Origin: Acidobacteriota bacterium
GTDB lineage: Bacteria > Acidobacteriota > Thermoanaerobaculia > Gp7-AA8
Direction of reading: 5' to 3'
NCBI GenBank assembly: GCA_019244185.1
Contig: JAFATB010000026.1
Coordinates: 1 to 64,000 of the forward strand
DNA: 64,000 nucleotides
Of this stretch, positions 52,142-62,308 are shown piece after piece. The stretch's first letter is position 1. Every line of letters begins with the position of its first letter. The notes beneath the pieces are model-generated. The model was not told the DNA's origin and ran no database searches. It was given only the letters and a program-made list of their open reading frames with translations. The position numbers were made by a program, and so were the translations under genes.

Positions 52142-54408
52142 CACCCGCACTCCTCGGGGAGCTTCGGAATCTGCACGAACGACGGCGCCTGCACGCTGCT
52201 GCCGCCACCGCCGCGCAGTTCATCGAGCGATGCGGCCGGACCGTTCACGACGCGGATGCCGAGGACGCGCGGCAGTTGCAGCCCGGTCATGTCGAGACGC
52301 GCGGCGATGACGCCGTTCGCATCGGCGAGGATCACGTCTTCCTGCACGAACTCGACGCCGCGCGTGCGGTTCGAGACCGCCGCGATCTCGAGCGCGACGA
52401 CGGATTTGCCGAGCTTCCAGCCGTTGTCGTTGTCGGCGTTGGGAACGTCGTCCGCATCCGCATCGAGCGGCGCGAGAAACGCGAGCACGTCGCGCTTCAC
52501 GGCGTCGCAGACTTCGGAGTCGTTGAAGCCCGCCGCGACTTTGATCCCGATCGAGATCCAGATGCCGCGGTACTCGGGGCCGCGCAGTAGCACTTCCGTC
52601 GTGACGAGGCGTCGCGGATCGAGCCAGCGGCAGACGGCGTCGAGGAACGGGCGGCGCGGCAGCGGCGCGTCGGGCTGCGCCGGATCTTCTTTCGGGATCA
52701 GCATCAGCGTGACCGCGCCCGGCACCTCGCCGCCGCCGAAGTCGGGGTGATAGTTCGGCAGCACTTCGACGCGGCCGATCTCGACGCCGGGCGTGCGCTT
52801 GGTGATCGTCGCGAAGTCTTCGCGCGTGACGAGGCGGTCGCGATGCTGGAGATAGCGCGAGATCTGTTTCTCGCCCTGCGCGACGGTTTCCGCTTCCGCG
52901 CCGCCCCACGTCGCGATCGGATTCGCGACCTTGAATCCTTCGGGCAGCGCGGGCGAGCTGTTGATCGCGCCGACGCCGACGTTGCCTTCCGCGCCGAGGG
53001 AGTAGGCGTACGAGGCGCGCAGCGTCGCGCCGGCGGGCGGACGCGCGCCGTGCTCGCCGTCGCCGAAGCGCACGTCGCCCGATTCGGCGTCGAGCAGGAA
53101 GACGTTCGACGGTGCCTTGCCGCGCTGCCACGCACCGGGCGCGATGCGCGGATCGGGGAGCGGCACTTCCGCGCCGGCGGTGGCGAGATCGTCGGTCTCC
53201 GTCCACGGCGTGGTCGTGCCGAGGTGCGTGACCGTGAGGCTGACGCTCTCGGGGAGCACCGGCGCGAGCGCGAGACGCACGACCTGATCGGGCTCGCCGG
53301 TTCCGTCGGGGAGCAGTTCGTTGAGCACGCGCGCGCTCTGCGTGACCGGCACCGTGTTGATGCCCATCCAGAGAAAACTGGCGGTGGCTTCGGACGTGAG
53401 CGTGATCTTCAGCCACGTCACGACGCGCGCTTCGAGCGCCGGATCGTCGAGCGCGGGCGGCAGCTCGTTCACGCCGGCTTCGAGCGGATCGATGTTGTTC
53501 CAGAGGCGCATCGACGACGCGTCGGGAAGCGCGATGTCGACGACGCCCGGCACGGCGAGGATGTCGGAGTCGCTTTTCACGTCGAGCGGCCGGTACTCGG
53601 CGCGGCGCTGCGCGATGTCGTCGGGAAGGCCGCCGCTGTCGGGCACCTTCGGCGCTTCGACTTTCAGCGCGACATTCGCGCTCGTCGCGAATGCGCGTCC
53701 GCTCGGCAGCGTGGCCTGCGTCTCGGTGAGCGACGGCACCACGCCCAGCGTGAGCGTGCGATTGGCGATGCGCGTGCGCATGAGGTCCGCGGAAACGTTG
53801 GAGCGCACGTCGACGTCGCGCAGCATCAGCGCGAGCCAGAAGCCGTTGTCGATGGTGTCGCTCAGCGCGACCGGCGTGCCTTCACGCGTCGGGAACGGCG
53901 TGGCCTCGTAGAGCTGCGGCTCGATCTCCGCGGGCGTGCCGCGATACGACGCGTACAGCTGCTGGTAGTACTTTTTGACGTCGGGCGACGCGTCGGTGAT
54001 CTTCTTCTTGAAGTAGACGCGCCCTTCGACCGGCAGCACGTCGACGGCGCGCGTACTGCGGAACGGCACCTCGCCCGCGCGCACTTCGATGCCTTCGGTG
54101 AGCACGACCGGATCGGGCGTCGTCGACGCGACGGAGTTCGCGATCGTGACGAGGCCGCGCGCGGCGGTCGCGGTCTGCAGCGGGATGCGCAGGAGCTGCA
54201 GGAACTTCTTCCGGTTGCGCTCCGGGATCTGATTCGCGCGATAGAGCAGGCTCTCGGTGAGGAACGCGAAGACTTCGATGAGCGTGACGCCGGGATCGCT
54301 GCGGTTGAAGTTCGTCCATTCCGGCGTGTGCACCGGAATGCGCGCCAAGGCTTCGCCGACCAGGTCGTCGTAGCGGCGGTCGTCGATGTTCGGCAGCGTG
54401 ATCGGCAT
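52141..54408 (-). CDS. Baseplate J/gp47-like protein (Afp11-like)
   Basis: LPNIDDRRYDDL, PEWTNFN.SDPGVTL, VRFGDG.HG..P, GG...E, R.VT.EDF, RRLVTT. Confidence 0.92.
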   Translation of the reverse strand: MPITLPNIDDRRYDDLVGEALARIPVHTPEWTNFNRSDPGVTLIEVFAFLTESLLYRANQIPERNRKKFLQLLRIPLQTATAARGLVTIANSVASTTPDPVVLTEGIEVRAGEVPFRSTRAVDVLPVEGRVYFKKKITDASPDVKKYYQQLYASYRGTPAEIEPQLYEATPFPTREGTPVALSDTIDNGFWLALMLRDVDVRSNVSADLMRTRIANRTLTLGVVPSLTETQATLPSGRAFATSANVALKVEAPKVPDSGGLPDDIAQRRAEYRPLDVKSDSDILAVPGVVDIALPDASSMRLWNNIDPLEAGVNELPPALDDPALEARVVTWLKITLTSEATASFLWMGINTVPVTQSARVLNELLPDGTGEPDQVVRLALAPVLPESVSLTVTHLGTTTPWTETDDLATAGAEVPLPDPRIAPGAWQRGKAPSNVFLLDAESGDVRFGDGEHGARPPAGATLRASYAYSLGAEGNVGVGAINSSPALPEGFKVANPIATWGGAEAETVAQGEKQISRYLQHRDRLVTREDFATITKRTPGVEIGRVEVLPNYHPDFGGGEVPGAVTLMLIPKEDPAQPDAPLPRRPFLDAVCRWLDPRRLVTTEVLLRGPEYRGIWISIGIKVAAGFNDSEVCDAVKRDVLAFLAPLDADADDVPNADNDNGWKLGKSVVALEIAAVSNRTRGVEFVQEDVILADANGVIAARLDMTGLQLPRVLGIRVVNGPAASLDELRGGGGSSVQAPSFVQIPKLPEECG

Positions 54409-54416
54409 GACGTTCC

Positions 54417-54809
54417 TCAGCCTCCGAGTTGCACGCGCAGCGAAACCTGCGCGGCCGCGCGCGTGGCGACGAGCTGGTAGTTGACGGTGGCCACCGCGCT
54501 CCGCGGATCGCGCGGGTCCTCTTCGACGTCCACGCTGCTGATGACGATCCTCGGCTCCCACTGCTGCAGCGCGCGCGTGATGCGGTCCTGGATCTGGAAG
54601 CGCGTGGTGACGGTGTTCGGCTCGAAGAGGAACGTGCGCAGTCCGCCGCCGAACGTGGGGAGATTCAGCCGCTCGCGCTCTTCCGTGCGCAGGATGATCT
54701 CGATGTTCTCGCGGATGTTCGCCTCGCCTTCGCTCCACGCGAGACGCCCATCGGCGCCGACGCGCGGCGGGAACGCGATGCCGCGGCCGTAGAGATCGCC
54801 CGGCGTCAC
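54417..54809 (-). CDS. GPW/gp25 baseplate protein (Afp9-like)
   Basis: G.GIAFP, I..IL.T...ER...P.FG.GL..FLFEP, WEPRI. Confidence 0.92.
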   Translation of the reverse strand: MTPGDLYGRGIAFPPRVGADGRLAWSEGEANIRENIEIILRTEERERLNLPTFGGGLRTFLFEPNTVTTRFQIQDRITRALQQWEPRIVISSVDVEEDPRDPRSAVATVNYQLVATRAAAQVSLRVQLGG

Positions 54810-56677
54810 GGTCCCACCTCCACGCTCACGTCGAGCTTCGCGTCGAACTTCGGCAGCGGCAGGCAGATCTGGAAGAAGGGGAGCCAGAAGAAGACGATGT
54901 CGAGCAGCTTGATGAAGATCATCAGCATGATCAGCGCGCAGATGGTGATGATCGGAATCGAGAGCGAGCAGACCATGCCCGCTTCCATCCCTCCGTCCGT
55001 GCACGGCGACGGACTGACGTCGAGGTCTTTGTGCAGCGGCCACGGAAGGACGGAACGAATGAGATCGCCGAACGAGAGGCCGCGAATGGCGCTGACCTGG
55101 CCGCAGAGGACGTCGGAGAGGACGAACGCGGTGTTCTTGTCGAACTTGCGCAGGCCCGCGGGCGTGGTGTCGGCCGGCATGGGGATGCGGATCGGCCGCG
55201 CGGGCGCGTCGGGATCGAAGAAGCCGGCCATCTGAAACGCGGCCGTTGGGTCGCTGACGACGGCGGGCTTGAAGGACGCGCAGTTCGGCCGCTCGAACAC
55301 GCAGCGCACCGCGAACCACGGCGACCGATGCGGCGTGACGTTGACCTGGGCGACGGTCCGCGGCGCCATCGTCGCGACGCCGGGCAGCGGCTGATCGAGA
55401 GCGGCCACGAGCGTGCTTTCAAATGACTCGCGCAGTGCCTTGCCGGTGAGGCCCGTCGGACCGCCGGCGCTCGCGTGGACGAAGCGGAAGCGCATCGACG
55501 GCCAGCCGGAAGGACTGCTTTCGTGAAAGACGGTCTTGACCGTTTCGAGCTGTTCGGCCGACGCGCGGATTTGTTTCAGCGCGGCGACGAGCGTCATGGT
55601 GTCGGAGAGCGAGGCGAGCTTCTGATATGCGGCGAGCTTCGTGCCGCTGAGACCCGCGGACGACTGCGCGGTGATCGCGTTCCAGACGTCGGCGAGGTTC
55701 TCTTTCAGCCACGCGTCGAGGTCGAGGAGGATGTACCAGGAGACGGTCTGCAACTGGTCGTTCGTCGTCGCGAGCGTTTTGTCGCGCTGGGCGTTTGTCG
55801 GCGGATCGTCGACGGTGGCGATCTGCTGCACGGCGAGCGAGGCCGCGTCTTCGAGGTTCGACCACGGACCGAGGACCTGGGTCTTCAGCATCATCTGCCG
55901 CGCGTCGAGCGGCTTCTGCGCGGCGCTGCTGCTCCCGGGATCGGGCATCTTCGCGGCGAGGAGCGCCTCGCGCTTCGCGACCGGAATGAGGCCGTTGAAC
56001 ATGCGGCGCCGGCGGCCGTCGATCTCCTGATACGACAACGGCGAGAGCGGGTACTGCGTCTCGCCGTCGACGAGCGAGCTTGCGTCGCCAGCCGGCTTCC
56101 ATTCGTCGCCGACGAGCGCGAGCTCGCTGCACTGGCTCGGATCGGGATTGATCGCGGCCGCGCCGGCGTGCGGCTGCAGCATGCGGATGACGAACGTCGC
56201 GCGCTCCTGCTTCGTGGTGTCGAGCGCGCGGTCCGGAAGACCCAACGTGCGGCAGACGAGACACGCGGTGACGAGGTAGTAGCGCTGGTGCGCGGGCTGG
56301 TAGAACTTCAGCGGACGCGTCGTCGCGGCGTTGTTCCAGGCATTCGTGCGTACGACGCCGCTGCGCGCTTCGACCTTGCGCACCGCGGCGATGCGCGCGC
56401 GCTCGAGCGTGCCCGCGAGTCCGGTCTTCGGACGCACGGGCGCGACGTCGGCGGCCGGCTTGCGCCACGTTTCCGGCACCGCGAGAAAGTCGCTGATGCG
56501 ATGCGCGTCGGTCTGCACGACGTTGATGAAGTCGGGCATGAACTCGTCGGTGGCGAAGCGCAGGATCGCGGGCGTGCGGAAGACGCGGCGCTGATCGGCG
56601 GTGGTCGCGCCGTTGAAGTCGTTCCAGAGCGCGGCGGGCGAGGTCCATTCGACGTGTCGTTCCATGGCCATCCTCAC
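54806..56677 (-). CDS. Hypothetical eCIS protein with C-terminal transmembrane segment
   Basis: Coupled on both sides (GTGA); LKFYQPAH.RYYLV; FFDPDAPARPIRI; hydrophobic CSLSIPIITICALIMLMIFIKLLDIVFFWLPFF. Confidence 0.75.
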   Translation of the reverse strand: MRMAMERHVEWTSPAALWNDFNGATTADQRRVFRTPAILRFATDEFMPDFINVVQTDAHRISDFLAVPETWRKPAADVAPVRPKTGLAGTLERARIAAVRKVEARSGVVRTNAWNNAATTRPLKFYQPAHQRYYLVTACLVCRTLGLPDRALDTTKQERATFVIRMLQPHAGAAAINPDPSQCSELALVGDEWKPAGDASSLVDGETQYPLSPLSYQEIDGRRRRMFNGLIPVAKREALLAAKMPDPGSSSAAQKPLDARQMMLKTQVLGPWSNLEDAASLAVQQIATVDDPPTNAQRDKTLATTNDQLQTVSWYILLDLDAWLKENLADVWNAITAQSSAGLSGTKLAAYQKLASLSDTMTLVAALKQIRASAEQLETVKTVFHESSPSGWPSMRFRFVHASAGGPTGLTGKALRESFESTLVAALDQPLPGVATMAPRTVAQVNVTPHRSPWFAVRCVFERPNCASFKPAVVSDPTAAFQMAGFFDPDAPARPIRIPMPADTTPAGLRKFDKNTAFVLSDVLCGQVSAIRGLSFGDLIRSVLPWPLHKDLDVSPSPCTDGGMEAGMVCSLSIPIITICALIMLMIFIKLLDIVFFWLPFFQICLPLPKFDAKLDVSVEVGP

Positions 56678-57387
56678 CAGATGTTTCCCGCGCCGGGCGT
56701 GTAGGACGCCGACGTGATCGACGGCGTGGTGATGCTCGCGCCGACGACGAGCGTGGCGCTGAGCGTGGTCGGTCCGGAGACGGTGACGGACGACGCGTTG
56801 ACGGTGGCGGTGCTGGCGTTGATGGTCAGCGACGCCGGCGTGGTGATGGTGATGCCGCTCGGCTCCATCTTGATGGAGTTCCCGTTGCTGTCGGTCAGCT
56901 CGATGGTTCCGGGGCCGTCCTTCAACGTCAGCTTCTGGCCGCCCGGCGTCTCCGCGACGAACTGTTCGCGGCCATCGTGATCGTCGAGCGTGAGCTTCAC
57001 GCCGTTGCGCGAGCGAAGGACTTTCTCGTAGTTCTTGCCGCCGCCGTCCATCGACGCGGGCGGTTTGTCCTGGCCGTTCCAGAGCGCGCCGACGACGTAC
57101 GGGCGGCGCGGATCACCGGCCTCGAAGGCGACGAGCACTTCGTCGCCGGTGTCGGGGATGAACCAGCTGCCGCGGTTGTCGCCGGCCATGAGCGTCGCCA
57201 GGCGCGCCCACGCGTCGTAGCGTTCGCCCGCGGTGTCGGGCGCCCACGGCAGCGTGACCTTCACGCGGCCCTGGCTTTCGGGATCGTTGATGTCGCTGAC
57301 GACGGCGGCGTAGACGCCGTACCAGCGTCCGCCGAGGCCTTTGCTTTCGCGTTCGCCGAGAAGGGATTCGAAAAGGGACATGCTCAT
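56674..57387 (-). CDS. Phage baseplate assembly protein V / gp5 spike (VgrG C-terminal half)
   Basis: DP..QGRVKV..PW, WAR, G.WFIP..GDEVLV.FE.GD...PYVVG.LW; beta-helix tail. Confidence 0.93.
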   Translation of the reverse strand: MSMSLFESLLGERESKGLGGRWYGVYAAVVSDINDPESQGRVKVTLPWAPDTAGERYDAWARLATLMAGDNRGSWFIPDTGDEVLVAFEAGDPRRPYVVGALWNGQDKPPASMDGGGKNYEKVLRSRNGVKLTLDDHDGREQFVAETPGGQKLTLKDGPGTIELTDSNGNSIKMEPSGITITTPASLTINASTATVNASSVTVSGPTTLSATLVVGASITTPSITSASYTPGAGNIW

Positions 57388-57388
57388 G

Positions 57389-58462
57389 TCAGTTCCCCTT
57401 CCCGAGTCCGGGACGCTCGGCGGTGAACTCGCTGCGAAAGCCGCCGGCGCCGTCGAAGAGATGCTGCACGTCGGCGAGGTAGTACTTGCCGTTGAAGAGC
57501 GGGCCGAGTCCGTCGAGCTCGATCCACGCGCCGACGCGCAGCTTCGCGTTCGGCTGCGCGAGTCCGCGTCCGACGAGGAAACGCCGCGCGGCGGCGCGAT
57601 ACCACGCCTCCGCGTGCGACTTCGCCTCGTCCGACGTGAGCGGCACCGTGTGCGCGACCGACTCGTCGCGTTTGCCGAAGGCGTCGGAGAGCAGCTTCGC
57701 GCCGGAGAGATCCGAGCCGAGCTCGCTCTGGATCGCCGCCTCCTCGGCCTTCGACGAGATCGCGCGCTTGCCGCCGACGTCCCAGCCGGAGACGGTGACG
57801 CCCGTGCGCTGATGCGCGAGATCGGCGGTGGCGGTGAACTGGCGCAGCTCGGAGCCGTACTTCAGTTTCAGCGGCTGCGCGTTGCGCGCGCTGCGCGGCT
57901 TCGCGAAGAGCTTCTTGTCGTCGAGCCAGAGCTCCGCGCCGGCGGCGCGCGCGCGCTCGCGCACGAACGCGAGATCGCTCTGGTTCACCTGCGCGAGCAC
58001 TTTGTGCGTCGGGCCGTTGACGTCGACGGTCGGCTGCAGGCCGTGATCGCCGGCGATCTTCTTGATGACCTGCGCGTCGCTGACGTCGTTGAACGTGCGC
58101 GTGCGGCGGGTCATGCGCAGATCCTGAAAGCGGTCCTCGAGCAGCACGGCGATCTCGGGGCTCGCGCCTTCGCCGAACTCCGCCTCGATCGCGGAGACGC
58201 GTCCGTCGAAGAGCACGTCGTTGTCGAGCTGCAGCCGCAGCGCTTTGCCGAAATCGAGCTTCTTGCGGTCGAAGAAGAGGAAGCCGATCTCGTTGTTCTT
58301 GGGTCCCCAGTTGCCGAAGCGGAGCTCCGCGCGATAGAGACCCTGGATGCTTTCCTTGACCAGCATCCGCAGGAGTCCCTGCGACAGCGCGGCGTCTTCG
58401 GATCCGTCGACGTAGATCGACGGCCGCGTCGCCTTCATCTTGTCGCTGTTTCCGCTCGGCAT
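57389..58462 (-). CDS. Phage late control D / gp27 hub (VgrG N-terminal half)
   Basis: LFDGRV..IE, R.RTF, Q.NQSD.AF...RA, V.GWD, G..F.G.YY...V.H. Confidence 0.9.
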   Translation of the reverse strand: MPSGNSDKMKATRPSIYVDGSEDAALSQGLLRMLVKESIQGLYRAELRFGNWGPKNNEIGFLFFDRKKLDFGKALRLQLDNDVLFDGRVSAIEAEFGEGASPEIAVLLEDRFQDLRMTRRTRTFNDVSDAQVIKKIAGDHGLQPTVDVNGPTHKVLAQVNQSDLAFVRERARAAGAELWLDDKKLFAKPRSARNAQPLKLKYGSELRQFTATADLAHQRTGVTVSGWDVGGKRAISSKAEEAAIQSELGSDLSGAKLLSDAFGKRDESVAHTVPLTSDEAKSHAEAWYRAAARRFLVGRGLAQPNAKLRVGAWIELDGLGPLFNGKYYLADVQHLFDGAGGFRSEFTAERPGLGKGN

Positions 58463-58473
58463 CGCGTTCGTCC

Positions 58474-58665
58474 TCAGTAGGCGGAGAGCCGCAGCATGCG
58501 TTCGTGCCGGCGGCGCGAGACTTTCTCGAGCTCGCGCTCGAGCTCGGGTCCGGACTTCGCCGCGCCGCCGCCGCTGCCTTTCGCATCGCCGCCGGCGCCG
58601 CTCGCGTCGGCCGCGGGCGGCACGGCTTTCGGCTCGATGGTCAAGTCGTTGATTACCGTCGTCAT
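58474..58665 (-). CDS. Small hypothetical eCIS protein
   Basis: Fits the operon gap; beta-strand N-terminus, flexible linker, charged C-terminal helix. Confidence 0.6.
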   Translation of the reverse strand: MTTVINDLTIEPKAVPPAADASGAGGDAKGSGGGAAKSGPELERELEKVSRRRHERMLRLSAY

Positions 58666-58669
58666 TCGT

Positions 58670-59434
58670 TCAACCCATCACGATCTGCGGTTTGGTGGCT
58701 TCGAAGTCGATGAACTGTCCGGGCTCGAGACGGCGCGGGTTCTCGATGCCGTTGGCCGCGGCGACGCTTTGCCAGTCGCGCCCGCCGCCGCCGCTGCTGC
58801 TGTCGCCGCCGCCCGGCTGCGCGGCGCTCATGGACTGGAGATTCGAGCCTTCCGGCGCGGGCGTCTGCGGCGACGTGCCGGCGGGACGCCGCGAGAAGCC
58901 CGGCGGCGTGGCGACGTTCTGGTCGTTGAAGGCGAAGCTGGTGATCTTCTGCTGGGTGATGGTGAGCTGCACGCTCGCGCGCAGCGGCCGGCCTTCGGCG
59001 GAGAAGAGCTCGAGCGTCTCCTCGAGTCCTTCCACGATTCCGTCGAACTGAAACGTGCCCCAGAGGAAGCGCGTCGCCGGCGGGATGAACTTCTTCGGCT
59101 TGTTCGGCGGATCGCCTTTCGGCGTGATGAAGTACGCGACGCGCTCGGTGAGCTTGCGCACGTCGATGACGTCGGGGAGATCGCCGAGCTCCTGCGTCAC
59201 GTCGAACCAGAGCTGCACGGTGAGCTTCGTCGAGCCCGCGCCGACGAACTGCTGCGCCTGCGAGCCGCCCTGATCGCCGCCGCCCTGCGGCTGCTGGATC
59301 TGGTTCGCGAACGCGACCTTCAGCGTATCGGGGTTGAACTGGACCTTGGTCGCCTTGTCCTTGTTGATCTGCGAGGCGAATTTCGAGTCGAGCTCCTGCA
59401 GCTCGGCCTTGGCGATCTTCTGCAGTTCAGGCAT
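58670..59434 (-). CDS. CIS tube initiator with LysM-like C-terminus (Afp7-like)
   Basis: VQFNP, L.FD, PP...F.WG...F.G, F...G.PLRA, WQ..AAANGIENPR.L.PG. Confidence 0.9.
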   Translation of the reverse strand: MPELQKIAKAELQELDSKFASQINKDKATKVQFNPDTLKVAFANQIQQPQGGGDQGGSQAQQFVGAGSTKLTVQLWFDVTQELGDLPDVIDVRKLTERVAYFITPKGDPPNKPKKFIPPATRFLWGTFQFDGIVEGLEETLELFSAEGRPLRASVQLTITQQKITSFAFNDQNVATPPGFSRRPAGTSPQTPAPEGSNLQSMSAAQPGGGDSSSGGGGRDWQSVAAANGIENPRRLEPGQFIDFEATKPQIVMG

Positions 59435-59927
59435 CGATGCCTCCGCCGCGCTCGATGGTCATCGACTGATAGGTGAGCTGCAGCTCCTCGATCGCCACGA
59501 TGCCGGCGGCCGCGTTGAGCGCGGGCGCCTTGAGCTTCGTGAGGAGGCATTTGCGCAGCACCCACTTCACGCGCTCTTTGCTGCGGTCGGGTGTTTTCAG
59601 AACGATCGTGGCTTCGCCGCGGAAGTCTTTGCGCAACTGGCTCGGCACCGCGAGCTGCTGCGCGTCGAACCAGTCCCAGAGATCGAGGCTGTTCGCGGTC
59701 ATGCCGCGCTTGAGCGTGACCGTGCCGTAGTTGACCGCGCCGAGGAGCCGGACCTGCGAGACGTTGTTGCCACCTTCGCGGATCGTCTTCACGTCCATCG
59801 TCATCTCGAGGCCGTCGCATTCGGAGAACTGGCCGTTGCAGAGCATCGTGCCGCCGAGGCCCGAGACGGCGATCTGGATCTCGAAGTTGAACGCGTTGAA
59901 GGGATAGACGCTCTTCGCTTCGGCCAT
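59427..59927 (-). CDS. Tail tube protein (gp19-like), copy 2
   Basis: FNFEI, FSECDGL, REGG.N, VTLKRG, W.W, L.A....VAIEEL. Confidence 0.92.
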   Translation of the reverse strand: MAEAKSVYPFNAFNFEIQIAVSGLGGTMLCNGQFSECDGLEMTMDVKTIREGGNNVSQVRLLGAVNYGTVTLKRGMTANSLDLWDWFDAQQLAVPSQLRKDFRGEATIVLKTPDRSKERVKWVLRKCLLTKLKAPALNAAAGIVAIEELQLTYQSMTIERGGGIDA

Positions 59928-62308
59928 CACGCCACCTCCACGGCCGACGGCGTTTCGCCGCGCTGCACGAGCCGGATGGTGAGGAACGACAGCGGCCGCG
60001 ACGGCGCGATGCGCAGCTCGGCGATGAAGCGGCCGGCGTCGGTCGACTGCGGCGTGTTGATGGTGTCGTCGGTGACGACCTGGAACGCGCTCGACTCGTT
60101 GCGTCCCGCGAACGCGCCGCGCGCGTACATCGACGCGAGCAACGACTCGAAGCCGCGCTTGGCGCTGTTGCGCAGCGCGTCGCCGTGCGGCTCGAACGCA
60201 TAATCGTTGCCCGCGCGCAGCGCGGCGCGGCGCACGAGGATGAGCAGGCGGCGCACGTTGAGCGCCGAGAGATCGGGATCGGCGGAGAGCGTGTCGGCGT
60301 CGAGGCAGAGGAAGCCGGCCGGCTCGTGGCGGATGAGATTCACGGCCGCGTCCTGCAGCGCCTGGCGCGCGAAGACGGGGAGGTTCGGCGTTAGCGCGAC
60401 GACGCCACGCAGCGCCTCGTTCGCGGGCGCGATCCACGCGCCGCGCGCGATCGCCCGTGCGGCTATGACGCCGGCGGTCGCGCCGTCGGGCGTGGTCGTG
60501 CGCAGCGCGCCGTCCTCTTCACGAACGATGAGCCACGGATGCCACAGCGCGCCGTAGCTCAGCGCCTGCGGTTCGATGCTCGCCGCGAGGCTCGCCGTGT
60601 ACGCGATGGCGCGGCGGTCGTCGTAGTGGCGCGGCAGCGAGAGCAGCGCCACGAGATCGGCGCGCGCGGCGCACATGCGCAGCAGCGCGCGATGAATCGG
60701 CGCGAGCGCGGGATCGTCCGTGTCGTCGTCGTCGAGCGCGGTGAAGCCTTCGAGACCGGCGACGTGCACGGCGATGCCGTTCGACCAGCCGCTGGTTCGT
60801 CCTTCGCCGGTGCGGCGCACGCGATAGAAAAAGTCGCCGGCGGCGTGACCGTAGATCGGCAGCGCGCCGGTGGTGCTGATGAGGATCGTGGCGGCGTCGG
60901 AGAATGCGGCGTCGGTCGCCTCCTGCAGTTCGTCGACGAAGCCCGCCAGCCTGTTCCACGTCAGCGTGTAGCTGCCGTGCTCCGGGATCGATGACGTCAG
61001 AATCGGCGGCGGCAGCGGTTCGAGCAGCGCGCAGTCGACGAAGCCGCTCGGTGCCGCGTCCGCGTCGTTGCTCGCGGGCAGCGTGCGCACGGGCGCGTCG
61101 TCATCGGCGTCGCGGAGCCAGCCACGATGCACCGCGTCGGGCGCGGCGAGCATGGTTGCCTCCTCGATGCCGAGGGCGGAGTGGATGCCGCGCAGCGCGA
61201 GGTTCGCCTGATAGCGAAGCGCGTCGGCGCGGTCGAGGAGGTCGCGTGTATCGGCGTCGGCGAGATGTGGATCGAGAAAGAGCGCCGCGCCGAAGTCCGC
61301 GAGGCCGTCGCGTTCGAGCGCGGGCGCGGGGAGGAACTGCGCGGAGGCTTCGTTCGAGAAGAGGATGCTCATGCCGAGCGGCACGTAACGCGCGGCGGCG
61401 TTCTGCGCGGCGAGCGCGAAGCGCGGCGTCGCGGCGTCGCGCCAGAGGTCGGAACGCGTGGCGTCGCGTTGCGCGTACAGCGCGGCGTCGGTGGGCAGCG
61501 CGCTGAACGCGCGCGGATGTTGCGGCGTGAAGCCGAGCGCGGTCGCGCGGAGCGTGGCGTCGCCGGTGCGGACGCTGAGATCGAACGTCAGCTTCGCCGC
61601 GGACGCGCTGCCGGCCGGCGCGCTCACCGGCGCGGCGATCTGCGCGAGCGCCTTCGTCCAGAGCGCGGTGCCGCCGAGGCGCAGTCCGCGCAGCGTGGCG
61701 GAGAGCGGCGAGAGCGCGACCTCGTCGACCGATTCGACGAAGAGATACAGCGTCTCGTCCGCATCGCTCCACGCGAGGCGCACGAGATCGCCGGCTGCGA
61801 CTTCGGTCGTCGACGTCACGGCGACGATGAGCGAGGTGAGATCGGTATCGACGAAGCGCAGCGGCTGCGCGTTGAGATTCGTCTTCACGCGCAGCGCATC
61901 CGACCAGCTTCCCTCCGAGCGCGCGATTGCGATCGCCGGCGTCAGCGCGACGCCGTCGAACTGCATGAGACCGGGGACGACGAACGTGTTCGCGACCGCC
62001 TCGCCGGCGACGCGCACGACCCAGCAGCGCCGTCCGCCGTTGCGGAAGAACGCGCGGACGCACGGCGCGAGCTGCGCGTAACGCGGATCGCTCGCCTGTC
62101 CATTCGTCTGCCGGGGCCGCGGCAGTTCCACGTCGCCGCCGAAGATCATCGCGAACTGCGCGACGTCTTCCACGGCGACGGGAAGATGCAGCGGCCCCGA
62201 CGCGGCGAAGCCGGCGAAGACGGGGATGTCCATGCGAGGCAGCGCGTCACCGAGCGGACGCGCCTGCGCCTCGAACCGAATCCCCGGCAGCGGTCGCGAA
62301 CGGCTCAT
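59927..62308 (-). CDS. Tail sheath-like protein, copy 2
   Basis: PG..FE, D...F.GFA..GP, VRAFF.NGG..CWVVR, RG.W.APAN, L.VRRL, FEP. Confidence 0.85.
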   Translation of the reverse strand: MSRSRPLPGIRFEAQARPLGDALPRMDIPVFAGFAASGPLHLPVAVEDVAQFAMIFGGDVELPRPRQTNGQASDPRYAQLAPCVRAFFRNGGRRCWVVRVAGEAVANTFVVPGLMQFDGVALTPAIAIARSEGSWSDALRVKTNLNAQPLRFVDTDLTSLIVAVTSTTEVAAGDLVRLAWSDADETLYLFVESVDEVALSPLSATLRGLRLGGTALWTKALAQIAAPVSAPAGSASAAKLTFDLSVRTGDATLRATALGFTPQHPRAFSALPTDAALYAQRDATRSDLWRDAATPRFALAAQNAAARYVPLGMSILFSNEASAQFLPAPALERDGLADFGAALFLDPHLADADTRDLLDRADALRYQANLALRGIHSALGIEEATMLAAPDAVHRGWLRDADDDAPVRTLPASNDADAAPSGFVDCALLEPLPPPILTSSIPEHGSYTLTWNRLAGFVDELQEATDAAFSDAATILISTTGALPIYGHAAGDFFYRVRRTGEGRTSGWSNGIAVHVAGLEGFTALDDDDTDDPALAPIHRALLRMCAARADLVALLSLPRHYDDRRAIAYTASLAASIEPQALSYGALWHPWLIVREEDGALRTTTPDGATAGVIAARAIARGAWIAPANEALRGVVALTPNLPVFARQALQDAAVNLIRHEPAGFLCLDADTLSADPDLSALNVRRLLILVRRAALRAGNDYAFEPHGDALRNSAKRGFESLLASMYARGAFAGRNESSAFQVVTDDTINTPQSTDAGRFIAELRIAPSRPLSFLTIRLVQRGETPSAVEVA

